From positions 47,430,001 through 47,494,000 of the forward strand of contig OZ076409.1 of the NCBI GenBank assembly GCA_964187785.1: a DNA stretch of 64,000 nt. Reading direction: 5' to 3'. This DNA is from Amphiscolops sp. MND2022 (taxonomy: Eukaryota). The position numbers were made by a program, and so were the translations under genes. Below, in pieces: positions 1 to 11,640 of the stretch; position 1 is the stretch's first letter; each line of letters begins with the position of its first letter. The notes under the pieces were generated by a model. The model did not search any database. It was not told where the DNA came from and worked only from the letters and a program-made list of their open reading frames with translations.

Positions 1-2204
1 GATCAAATGTTCTAAAACCAATACGGTATAGATAATGCCAGCCAATCAAATCTGAGCATGGTTGATTAAGATCGCTGCATTTGTTTCAGAAAGGGCTGAT
101 GTTGGATTTAGAAGCATGGAATACAAAGAGAGGAGCCGCCTTTGAGGGTGTAGCTGAGGGCACAGAAAATAAACAGAGTGAGTTCATATATGTCAATTGA
201 TACATATACACTATTGTTTCCCTAATTAAAAGGGAGCGAACTCGCTTAAGCCTTTCTGTTGCGATTTATGTTGCTAGCATTTAAATTTTTGAGTCTTATG
301 TGTTGTCTACTTAAAATATATGAACATGGTGAATTTTTGCTCTTTTGTCAGAAAAATATCGAAAAGTCCGTATAATTTTTTGGAGGGATAAACATGGTCC
401 AAAATTCCATGTAACTGTCACTTAAGACAAGTACACATGTGCCTCCTCTTATAAAAACATATTTGATAAATGGGCGGTTAGAGAATGCTCTAGAGCCTGG
501 TTATGAAAAAAAGTTTCCAAAGCGGATCACTTTTTAGGTTCTCATGATATTGTATTTAAAGAAAAATTGACGTTAAAATGAACTTTTTCCGTCAGAATTT
601 CTGCGCTGTCTTAATCCCAATTTTTCTCTACCTCAGCAAAATTGATTTTCTTTACCTGTACCTGTAAATGCATGCATACACGCCATGCGATTAGCTGTAT
701 ACAATAAAAAAGGCTTTTCACCTGTAACGGGGATGAGACGCAGTTAATTGATCGTTTACTTATAACTTACGAGTAGCAGTTAATTAGCAGGAGCAGTAAT
801 CAATCCCTTAGTTTTGAAAGCTTTGATGTGTTCTTTATAACGGCGGCTGCTAATTTGCTTCCTTCTCTTTTGTCCTTTCCTAATTGCACAGCTACCCAAA
901 TAGGAATCCCTGCACTTGCTCATAGGAAAAATCCGTGTACCTACCTGGCATTTCTGTTGGTAATTAAGTCTGCGACCCTGGCGCAGTCCTAACACTAACA
1001 CCGATCCCTGAACAACATGTCTGTCACAGCATCTGTCACTCAGACTAAATAGGCTTTTCCCTACATCTCTACAAGCTATACACCGCAGCAATTACAAAAC
1101 AACGCAACATTTTTGTTTGAAAATAGTTTTCTCTAGCTGCTCAAAAATAAAAAAACTTGATCAAAGGGCATTCATATGACGTGAAGTTGAACAAAAGTAC
1201 ATTTCCACAACGTGATTCAAGTGCTTGAAAACTGAGACAAAGTTTCATTATGCACGAAATGTCTTGTTTCATGCAGACACTGTTTATTGAAATTTATTTA
1301 ATGAAAAACCAGTTATACGACATCAATAATTAGGAAGTTATCTAATATTTATTCCACATATGTTTCAGTCATGTTTCATTAGTCTGGAAACATGGTTGCT
1401 AGACGGTCTTTGTTGTAATAAACAAAGGAAATTGGTTTCTAGGACATGACACCATTTAATCAGTGTCAATGCTTTCAAATTTGTTATTTCAATCTTGCAG
1501 ACATTTTCTTCAGCATATTGAGTTTGACGCTGATCATCAACAAAACACCAATCTTCAAGCATCAAAAGATCACATTTTCAGGTCAATTCCAAGAATGTTT
1601 CATGTTTTGATTTGTTTATTTTGATTGTTTATTTTGACGCGATCATAAAAATTATTGGGTATTTTGACGCCTGTCGCGAATAGGAAAACACCGAAATGGG
1701 TTTGAAGGCTCTATTTTGGCTTGAATTTTGATTATCAACGCCTATTTCTAAAAAATTGATGTTAAAAAATCTCAAAAGTCCCTCTTGTAGATTTTTCGGT
1801 ACTATGAGACTGTTCAAAATTCTTATTTTTAGTCTGATATTAGGTTTTCTCCAAAAACCGATAAATATCCACCAATAATTTTTTCAATACTATTCGAATT
1901 TATGACTTAAGATCCGGAGTAAAACGCTATATCGGATTATTTGACGTTATGTCCGAACTATATTGCGTTTTACTAAGGTAGAGAATCAGAAACAAGCGCT
2001 CGCATTTGTCCCAGCCCGCTATATTCGAACTTCTGAAGCGTTTTCAGAGCAGGAGAGGCACCCTTTGGGTGTTTCGAAACTTTGAGCCTTTTTCATAGAA
2101 AAACGTCCTGAGCATATTTTAAAAACTTTTTAATCATTAGGTATAGCGTCGACTTTAGACGTTCCCGTCTTGTTAATGTCTCAATTTGTCTTTTTTCTCA
2201 ACAG

Positions 2205-5200
2205 ATTCCACTTCATGGTCTTCCCTGATAGCCGAGTTCACACTTTTTATGGGAAGTGTGAGTGACCTTATGGGGACCGTAGGTCAATGGGGTGACCCAG
2301 TGACCCGAGAGGTGGAGTACCCGCACAGTGGGCCCATATTCATCAAGGTGCGTGCCCGTCTCACCTGTTCAGAGGGCTACTATGGACCCACATGCAGCAA
2401 ACACTGCTTACCTCGCTTCAATAGAGTGTGCGATCAAAACGGGGATTACATATGCGCCCCTGGGTACACTGGAGTACAGTGTGATCAGTGTAAGTTGTAG
2501 AATTGTATCACGTGGTAGACATATCATTTTGTGATTACGCAACATTCATGTAAAGTGTTTTTGAAAGGCAAAAGTTTCTAGCTACAAAAAGGTATTGATG
2601 AACATTTCGTCAACTACGGCACGCTAACGCTTTTCCGTCTCCGAAATCAATATCTGTCCATGGGGATCGCCAATTAGGGCATCAATGAAAGTCAAGACGC
2701 CAGTGACCAAACTTCCTTCCCTTTTTAAACGTTTTACATGTTCGGTTGAAGCTTAAGACCCACAATTGTTTTTTCTCCACAATTTGCTAAGTAACTGGGT
2801 TAGTAAATTAAGTACAATCCTCTGAAATTATTGGCACTCAAATTAAACCCTGGATTTAGTTTGCATGCTATCGATCCTCTTCTCAGTATATTCAAAAGTA
2901 GGTTTCCATCAAGGGAAGGAAACAAATCCAACCGACTTGACTGTTGATTGTTGTTTCGTTTCACAATGTGACTTCAAAGTTAAAATTAGAGTCGCAATAA
3001 AACACTATTTGATCTGTATTCCAACTGCATTCAAACAATGCAAAAGTAAAGTTAGCAGTAAATGCAGTCAAAATTGTTTGAACCTAAATCAAATGAATTT
3101 TGAATAGGCATCATGTTACTGCAAGAGTATTTATATCAAAATTTGAGTTTAAAAATGTGCTCTAAATTCGAGACTTTCTGTGTTTTTCAGAACTTATGTC
3201 AATATCCTACAAAAATTTTGTAGAAGCACGTTTTCGTCATAAGATAGTCAAGTATTGACCAAAATTGAAATGAAGTATTTCTAAAGAGCCCATTTTTTAA
3301 TTATTCATTTTAATGAGATTCACCTGAAAAGTCTGTAGATGTAAACTTGTCAGCTATGCGTTTTTATCCGGCCAAAGAACTCGAAAAAGACAGTTTTCAC
3401 AGAAAAAATCAGAACTCACTCCTAATCGACTTTCTGATTTTTTAGAGTGAAAAACCTAAATGAATTAGCAAGACGGGAACGTCTCAAGTCGGCGCTCAAG
3501 AACGGCTCAAAAAGTGCAGAGTTTTGAAAAATATGCTCAAGACTTAACCTTAACTTGGCCAATGTGCCAAATTTGGCACATTTTGTTTCTGCAAATTCTT
3601 AACGCACCAGCTGATTGTATGGTAAAGCAAACCCTTTAATAAGAGTTTCAGACAATATTGCATAGCATTCGGCGCCTTTTCACGGAAAATTGACGTGATG
3701 TCTCAAAAACCCAGAAAATGACGCAAAAAAATCAAAAGAAAAATAAGTGCAGATTTTCCGTTTTCCCAGTTTTCGTTTGTGCCCCTTTTATCCCACTGGT
3801 ATCAACATTGGGTCAAAGCGTCCCCAGCATGTTTTGAAACATGTTGAAAAGCAAGCAGAGACACGACGCGTGCAAAGTTTTGGCGCAAAGTTCGGAGCCA
3901 GTGCGGCGAGGCCGCACGCCAGCGGAGAACTTCGCGCAAAAAACTTTGCGCGCAAGGGGCCCGCGCTAGCGGGCCCCAAGCCCAGCAGTTTAAAAATTGA
4001 TTTGAAAGCCCCAATGCTCCTCTTTCGAACGCTGTATACATCGTTTGTCGGACTTGTATAGTTCAGGAGATATTGCGGTTTAAAGTTGAAGCACCTGATT
4101 TTTGGACGCAACAAGATTTTTCCTGGCCAACTTAAGGTTAAAGAACATAAGACATACAAAAATGGATATAGCGTGCTGGGACAAATTGGAGCGCTTGTTT
4201 TCGAACCTCAGCTCCTGCTTAGTAAAATGCAATTTACTTCGAAAATAATGTCAAAATTCGGATATTGCGCAATAATTGGGATCCTCCGCTTCCTCCTTAG
4301 GAAAACGAATTATAGTTCGGATTATAGTAGAACGAATTATATTATGAAACGTCAAAAATTTGGATGGTGTTGAAAAAATTATTGGTGGATATATATCGAG
4401 AAAACCTAATTTCAGCCGAAGAATGAGAATTTTGAAATAGTCTCACAGTGCCGAAAAATGTAAAATCCACTTTGTTGCAAAATATCAAGACATTTAAATG
4501 CGCAAAACCCGAATATTCAACGTGATATCCGGATGGGTTGAGTTTAGTAGTTTCTGTAATAAGTGTTCACTACGCATACATTTTGTTATCTGACGACAAC
4601 CACTGTAACAGTCGCGCTCATTTTCTGCTAAAATGTGCCGACTAAAAACAAACACTTAGGACAGTCTGCGTGGTAATTCCTTCTCAGATATTATTAGTTG
4701 TTTTAGTTGCGTGTGAAGAGGGATGTGTTCATGGAAGTTGCACGGGACCCAACAAGTGTTCATGCAACTTCGGTTTCGAGGGAGTTTCCTGTGATCAGTG
4801 CACACCCCGAGGTGGGTGTACCAACGGGGGTTGCTACAAGAACCACCCACACACTTGCGCATGTCACACCGGATGGGGTGGACCTCTCTGTGACCAAGGT
4901 GAGTAGTTAGCTTTTTCTTTTCTCGATATCCGAGATTTTTCAGCTAGTTATTAGTGAGTCGAAGGTAGAAAGTTATTCTCTAGATGTCTACAAATTAGTT
5001 AAAAGCACTCTGAAATCTGGGTTAAAAATCACTTCGAAACAAGAACTAATTACCAAAGTAATTTTTTACCCTGGAACAAGGCGCTAACTCTACCTATAGT
5101 TGCCTTCGCATGAAAACATTTTAGGCTCACTTTGTAGAATTAGAGACGTTTACTTTTCTGAATGAACATAGCTCGATAAAAACAACATGAACAAAATTTG

Positions 5201-7454
5201 GTATTGAAAACGAAAAGTTTAGTGTTTGGGATATTAACTTGGCCTCATACAAAGTAGAAGTTTAAACTGTCGGTTCTACAAAATTTTTCAATTCAAAGTT
5301 TCACATTTCCTCGTTAGTTTAGTGTTGACGAATTTAAATACGAAGAGCACTCAATTAATAGACGCATTTTTGCAACTAGTTTTTGGATTAACCCGGGAGA
5401 TTTTGAAGTTTGATGTTTTTTCTTCAGATTTAGAGATTTGTGCTCGATTGAAGCCGTGCCAGAATGGAGGTCACTGTTCGCCTGACCCTTTATCCGCCCA
5501 GGGTTACAAGTGTAAATGCGAGAAAGGCTTCTCCGGACAGTCTTGTGAAGTGTCCGCTAATTGCGAGACAGAGGGCTATTGTCAGAACGGAGGCATGTGT
5601 AGTGCACCCTCTTCAGATATCTGCAAGTGCCCCTTTGGTTGGACGGGCTCTCGCTGCAATGAGAGGGCCAGCTGTGACACCGTTGGATGTCGCAATGGCG
5701 GCAAATGTGAGACGTCGATTACCAGCAGTATTCCCAGATGTGTGTGTCGATTTGGGTTCATGGGTAAATACTGCGAATTCGAAGACCCATGTTTCAAAGC
5801 AACATCAAGCGACCAACCTCTTTGTCTCAACGGTTAGTTGCTGCTATTAATTTTAGTCAAAAGTTGATGCTTTTTCAAAAAACTAGTTGAAGATACTTTG
5901 TAAACATTAGTTTAAGATCTACTAATGAAACGAGGGAAACTTCAAGCTTCACATTAATGCTGGTTATACCTTCGTGAGTTTTTGTCGAAGGCGCTCAAAA
6001 TGAAAATAGAGTCTGAAATTTTTGTGTACCAGTTTTTACTAAATCTTGTTTTTGAATAACAGTGAGATAATTTCATCCTGATAGGTGCACTGAATGTTTT
6101 TTCTTCAAAGACTGCAGTATTGAAGTTTCAAATACGAACAAACTGAATCAGACTTATGTAACCATACCAATCCACAATTTCCCGATCCATTCAAAACTTT
6201 TTTCTTGCAGGAGGAGTTTGTAAGGCTTTGGACACGGACGGATCTTTCAAGTGTTCCTGTGGCAGTCGTTTCTTTGGGTCGTTGTGCGAAAAACGTATTT
6301 CGGAGGTTGGTTGCGAGCCGAACCCTTGTCATAACAGAGGCACCTGCATCAAGAAAAAGGAAGGTGAGATGAAGTGTGAATGCACAGAGGAATTCACCGG
6401 AAAATTTTGCACGGAGAAGAAGAATCCATGTGCGGATCATCCATGTCACAATGGAGCAACTTGTATAGAAAAAGCTGCAGGGTTATACACGTGCAAATGT
6501 ACTTTTGGGTTTTATGGGAAAACTTGCGACAGAAAAATCAAAGTTGAGAGAACACAAGAAATGTATGAGTTAACTTCCACTGAAATGCCAACCACACAAT
6601 TATCGGAGGACGTTATGACAACAGGGGAACCAAATGAAAAAGTATTTATGGCAGATTTACAGGCTGACTCACAAAAAGTGTCGAAAGAAAATATTGATTT
6701 CAATGTCGAAGTCAATATCCCGAAAAACGATTCGAGTGCAATTACATTAAATATCATAGTTTTTCTGCTGGTTTTCATCGCCTTAATTGGGGTACTTGCT
6801 CTTGGGTATCATTTGATCAAGAAGTTCAGAAGTGGTGATGAAAATTTTATATGTTGTTGTCCCAACCGCAAAGAAAATGTATCCTTCTCTTACCCCTCAA
6901 CCAGGAGTAACGTCCACAAAAACAACATGGCGTCTGTTCATTCCCCTTTATACCCGACAGAAGCTGTGGACAAGCAAAACGATGACCCTGAGATTGGATA
7001 CAGACAGAAGGAGCTGAATAACTTTCCATATAAGGAAGATCTCGTGAAAAGCGGCGGGCACATTCAGCAATACAATTACCAGCAGAGAAACTTCAAGTGC
7101 AATAACTTGGATAAACCTACCATCGAATCTTCTCAGAAAGTGTTCAACAGCAATCGCAATTCGGCAATCCCAGAAAAGTGGATAGCGTTAACTGGAACCC
7201 TTCCAGTATCATCCAATTGCGACAAACAGGCTTTTTCCGACGAACAGATCACAAAAGTATCCAAAACGAACAATGGCGCGGAAGACCAACAGACGGTCGA
7301 TACGTTGCGACATTTGAATCATGCTGAGAAGAAACAACATCAAGAACAAAACTCAAACTTTGAAGGGACCCAAAGAGGGCGAACTTCAATCAGTCGCAGC
7401 CTCGATTCTATCTCACCGACAAATAGCCAAAGTTACAAAACTTCCAGATTTTGA
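2205..7454 (+). CDS. Delta: Delta-like Notch ligand (DSL + 8 EGF repeats + TM + cytoplasmic tail); exons 2205-2489, 4707-4898, 5428-5832, 6211-7454; 5' exons not identified
   Basis: DSL-type CSEGYYGPTCSKHC...CAPGYTGVQCDQ; DOS-type EGF1/2; junction reads CDQDLEIC..KPCQNGG as in Delta; 8 EGF repeats, no vWC domain; TM ITLNIIVFLLVFIALIGVLALGY. All three introns are GT-AG, phase 1, and join in frame (cagt|gtaagt..ttttag|tt, caag|gtgagt..ttcag|at, aacg|gttagt..ttgcag|ga). Confidence 0.9.
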
Positions 7455-9379
7455 CAACTTTTTCCATCTTCATTGCTCAAATAAATATTAATTTAATTCA
7501 ACTCATTTTATTCCATTTGATTAGGAGTAAGTCACAAGTGTGTTAATTTGAACCAATCAATGTTTTTAATCCCGCTGCTCTTTTTTGTCGCTCTAACTAG
7601 TTAATTAATAGGAGGAACAAAATGTGCGTGCTGCTCCTAGTCTGTAAATGTTGTAAATATATTTTTCTACAAACCCACTTTTTCTATGCTTCTATAATTT
7701 AAACACCTTCAGTCGGCGCTATTTATTATTGTTACTTCTATTTGGCTTTCCGATGTCAGTAGATTTTTAGTTTCATTCAAATTTCAAATTCAAAGTTCTT
7801 CTGTAACTCTTCCAAGTTGAGTGAGCAAAGGTAAAAAAATATATATAGCAACAAGCCGGGGGAGTCAAGTATTCTTTTTTACAGTACCCGAAAACCCAAA
7901 AGTTGGACCAAATTGGCGCGCCGGGGACCCGCTAGCTAAAAGGGGGGACCCTTTGGGATTTTCAACATTTCTGTCGCAAAACATCAACAAAATTGAAGGG
8001 AGGACCCTTTGAAGTCATTGAAATATTTTCGAAAAAAAGTCTCACAATGCCGAAAAAACTTGAAGGGTGGACCCTTTGGAATTTTTCAACATCCATTCTA
8101 TCGCAAAACATCAAGAAAATTGAAGGAGGGATCTTTTGGTGGAAAAAAATTTCTCCAAGAAAATTGGAAGGGGAGGACCCCTCAGTCTCGCCCGGTCACC
8201 GGTATTGTATGTTACGCGAAGAAAAGGAAGAACATTTTTGGTTCAATTCGCTAGGCCAAATGGTTCATTTTACACAATAAAATTTTGCAGAACTTTCAAG
8301 AACTATTTTGTTGAATTCGTGTGGATTGAAAAAAGCCACTAGTATAGTCGTGTTTCACTTCATAAAGCCCCAAATGAAAAATTAGCCAAGTTTGTCTAGT
8401 TTTTTCATTAGATCATTCTAATGTGTTTCAATAAAATAGGCCTCTGCGAGGCACAGTATAATTTTTGCTTTTAGGCTTTCATGTTCAAAAATAGAAGCAT
8501 ATCTTATTCATTTAAATAGCGCACAAGTAATCACCCTACCAGTGTACACCGCCTTTAAATCTTCTCAGACTAAAGGAAATATCACTAATAAGTGTAGACG
8601 AAGTTTCGCATTTGAATGCAGGCGAAGCTCTCGGCGGACGAATATCTAACACTCAGTCGCTTCATCTCAATAACTCGGCGTACGAATGCATAATTACCAC
8701 TCGCTTGTTCCATCGCACGAGGAACAAAAATTAAATTTCACGCTCTTAATCACTGCCGAACAAAATATCTGAAATTTTCAGTAGGTACTCGAAATCGACA
8801 AAAATTGAACTGAAAAAAGCTCAATATTTCAGATTTTGCTATCGCAGAAATAATAATATTAAAAACAAATATATTAGTTAACATATTTAGATAATCTAGA
8901 AATAGGGCCTTGCTTGAGGCTCAAAAAGCCGGAAAAGGTGTCAAAATCTTGTTCAAAATTGACTACAATGTGGCAATTATCAACTTTCTTCATTCCACAC
9001 ATCAAGCTCTTGTTCCATTTACCTAGCTTTGTTTTATTCTTACTGCGGAGGATAAGTTGACAACTCATACCAGCAAACCTTATATCAGTTGACATCTATC
9101 AAATCAAAAAACTACAACCCATATCAAGCGACAACTCAAATGAAATTCAAACAAAACAGCATTTTAGGCATCGAATTTACCAAAAAGTTAACCCGTGCTA
9201 AGATTTAGGGCATTCCATCAATGGGTAGGGTTAGTCCAGGCAAAGAACCCTATAAGTCAAAAGTCTTTCATTCTTATATTATCAATGGTTCTCATTCGCA
9301 ATGAAACTCAATGAAAGTCAAAAAGTAGTATATATAGATTCATGAGTCACTGCAGTTCAATGAAGTTAGGAGTCACTTC

Positions 9380-11640
9380 AGTGATATGCTCCCCCTTTAG
9401 CTGCAAAGAAGAAGGGGCGCGTAGCGACTATGGAGAAAAAATGATGCGTAGCGTTGCGGAGCGAACCGTCACGGGGCAAAAACGCGAGACAGCGCAACGG
9501 CGGGCCGATCGAAGTCTTGACTGTGCAGACACGGACAACTCTATGTCGCCCAGTGTGGGTAGCTGTGATTCGTCCAAGAGGCCATATTCCACGAGCTGTA
9601 AAATCGCGTAGGATCCAAACAAGATCACCTACTCGTAGCTGAGGTTGGGCAGTCGACCACTTCCCTCGAGGATGAAGAGTAGGGAGGTATTCTTCAGCAA
9701 CATCTTCCATATGTGGCTTGTCACTTTCTGAAATCCTTTCCATGATTTAAAAGAAAGTGGCTGGTTAGAGCTGTCAAAAACTCCAGGAGATAAGTTGGCA
9801 TGGGGTCGATGCAGTGGGAAGTGGTTGGGCTTCAGTGGTTCTTCTACGGCTGATCGGCAAAATGAGTTAGTGGGCGGGAATTTAGCATCAGCTCTGTTTC
9901 TGCTGAAATAGTTATGAAGAAATCCAAAGTGAGCTTCTGCGATCACAGGATGATCAGATGTGTTCGCTTGGCATCCTCTCCCACGCTCCACTTAAATGGG
10001 AGCTGACGGTGGGTTGAGATACCAGTGTATATCCGCAGCTTGCGGGATTTTCTCAGTGAAATAACGAATCCCTCCGTTCAAGCTGTCCTGGAGGGAATGA
10101 CGGGCACCAATAAAAAATAGTTCCTTTGTGGGAACGCAAAAGGCGTGGTTGTCCCCGTCTAGCGAGGAATCGTCGAAAGGCGTTCAAGAAACTGTTGCTT
10201 GTGAGAGAGGGACTCGCGTCAAAATGGCAAGTTCGTATTAATAGGCAACTAAAGATGATGCCATAGTGCTTATCAATTTTTTGGCCCTTGACGATGAAGA
10301 AGGGACCGGAAACATCAAATCCTGTCTATCAAACGGGAACGGTTGATTGGCGGTCGGAAAACGAGATGACGGAAGTGGGACATTTTTGGGTTCTGCGTTT
10401 TGCGCGCGGAAACAGCGACAAGTGAAGCATCTGTGACTCAGTGTGCGTAACGCACGACGGACTCCAAAACTCAGAAAACGCTGCTGGAGAAACGTTTTGA
10501 CGTATTCTGGTCCGGCGTGATGACAGACGGCGTAATAATGTTCTAAGAGAAGCTGTCCGATGGGATTGCGGGCGTCTAAAACGAACGGAGAGCGTGTCAA
10601 AGAGGAAGAGGAGCGTATTGGAGGCGACCGGCGCACCGTAAAACGGCGTGTTCTTCCAAACCTGAACTGTATGGAAAAGTTTGTCTTTCGACGAAAGACT
10701 TTCCTTGCTATGCAATTGAGCTACCGTGTAGGGAAAAAACTCATTTTGCGATTGTTGGGAAAGCAGGCGCTGGGCGCGTTGCAAGTCATCGGTGGTGAGA
10801 TTGCGGTCAGACGTGAGGTTTCGGAGGCGGCGGACGAAACGGCACACTTGAGCGGTAGAGCAGAGGAGACGAATCCAAGAAACAGTCGATTGACATTTAG
10901 AAGAGCGGATTGAAGTTTTGATTTAGCAGCGGCGCAAATACTATTGGCGTGCGGAAGAGGGCAGCGTTGCGGCCATTTATGTGACGGTTGGCCTAAAATG
11001 GAAAAGGACGAGCCTCTCGTGCCATAATCCGCTGGGTTTGATTCGGTGGGTATCTCCAGTCAACTGGAGATGTCGATTGTTTGATTTCGTTAACTCTGTT
11101 GGCTTAAAACTCTTCAATTTGTCGCGGAATTGGATTCAATCGAGGGCAACACAACTGCCGGTGCAAAAGGTAACTGATTGAACTGTGTGGCGAAGGTTTT
11201 ATAAACGGTTTGGAATAAACGGATTTCTAGAACGGCAGCCTGAAGACTTTGTTGTTCGATGGGAGCAACGCCGCTCTTTCCTAGGACGAAGTTGTCGGTC
11301 GATATTATAGCAATTTGCTGGGGTCGTGTTGTGAATACGGTTTGACTGTTTGGAAAAGTTGGTTTGCCGAAGCACTGCTGCACAGTGTTCGCTGTCTGTC
11401 GGAAGTTGGTTTGGGTTATCTGTTGTCGTGGGAACTTGTTCATGTTAAGAGTTGATCAATGAGGTGGCGTCTGACGTCCAACAATTGTAGGTTGTGGGAT
11501 CAGTGGTGGTATGGAATAGTTAGCAGGGTATGCTGTCAGTTGATGTGACAGGTTTATCGCACGATGAGGTACAGCTGTCGGAATGGTTGTAGAGCAAGTT
11601 GGTAGTGATTGATTTGAGTGAAGTACTTGAGAAGAGATAG
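9380..11640 (-). mobile_element. Degenerate BEL/Pao LTR-retrotransposon remnant (RNase H, integrase Zn-binding and C-terminal domains)
   Basis: PTESNPADYGTRG RNase H motif (~11020-11060), HHAGPEY..RCFTC integrase zinc-binding domain, EEYLPTLHPRGKW..GDLVWI..WPLGRI..VVRVCTVKT C-terminal motif; many frameshifts; no RT motifs seen. Confidence 0.8.

Noticed and set aside
780-1565. Possible 5' exons of Delta or independent ORFs
   Set aside because: No signal peptide or MNNL-like translation with convincing splice sites could be identified.
2205-7454. Jagged/Serrate or Notch receptor identity
   Set aside because: Only 8 EGF repeats, no cysteine-rich vWC domain, and no LNR or ankyrin repeats.
7821-8342. 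Several short overlapping ORFs (also 37411-38084, 48099-48305, 51989-52657, 57063-57502)
   Set aside because: They fall within copies of the dispersed non-coding repeat family; low-complexity K/F-rich translations in multiple frames.
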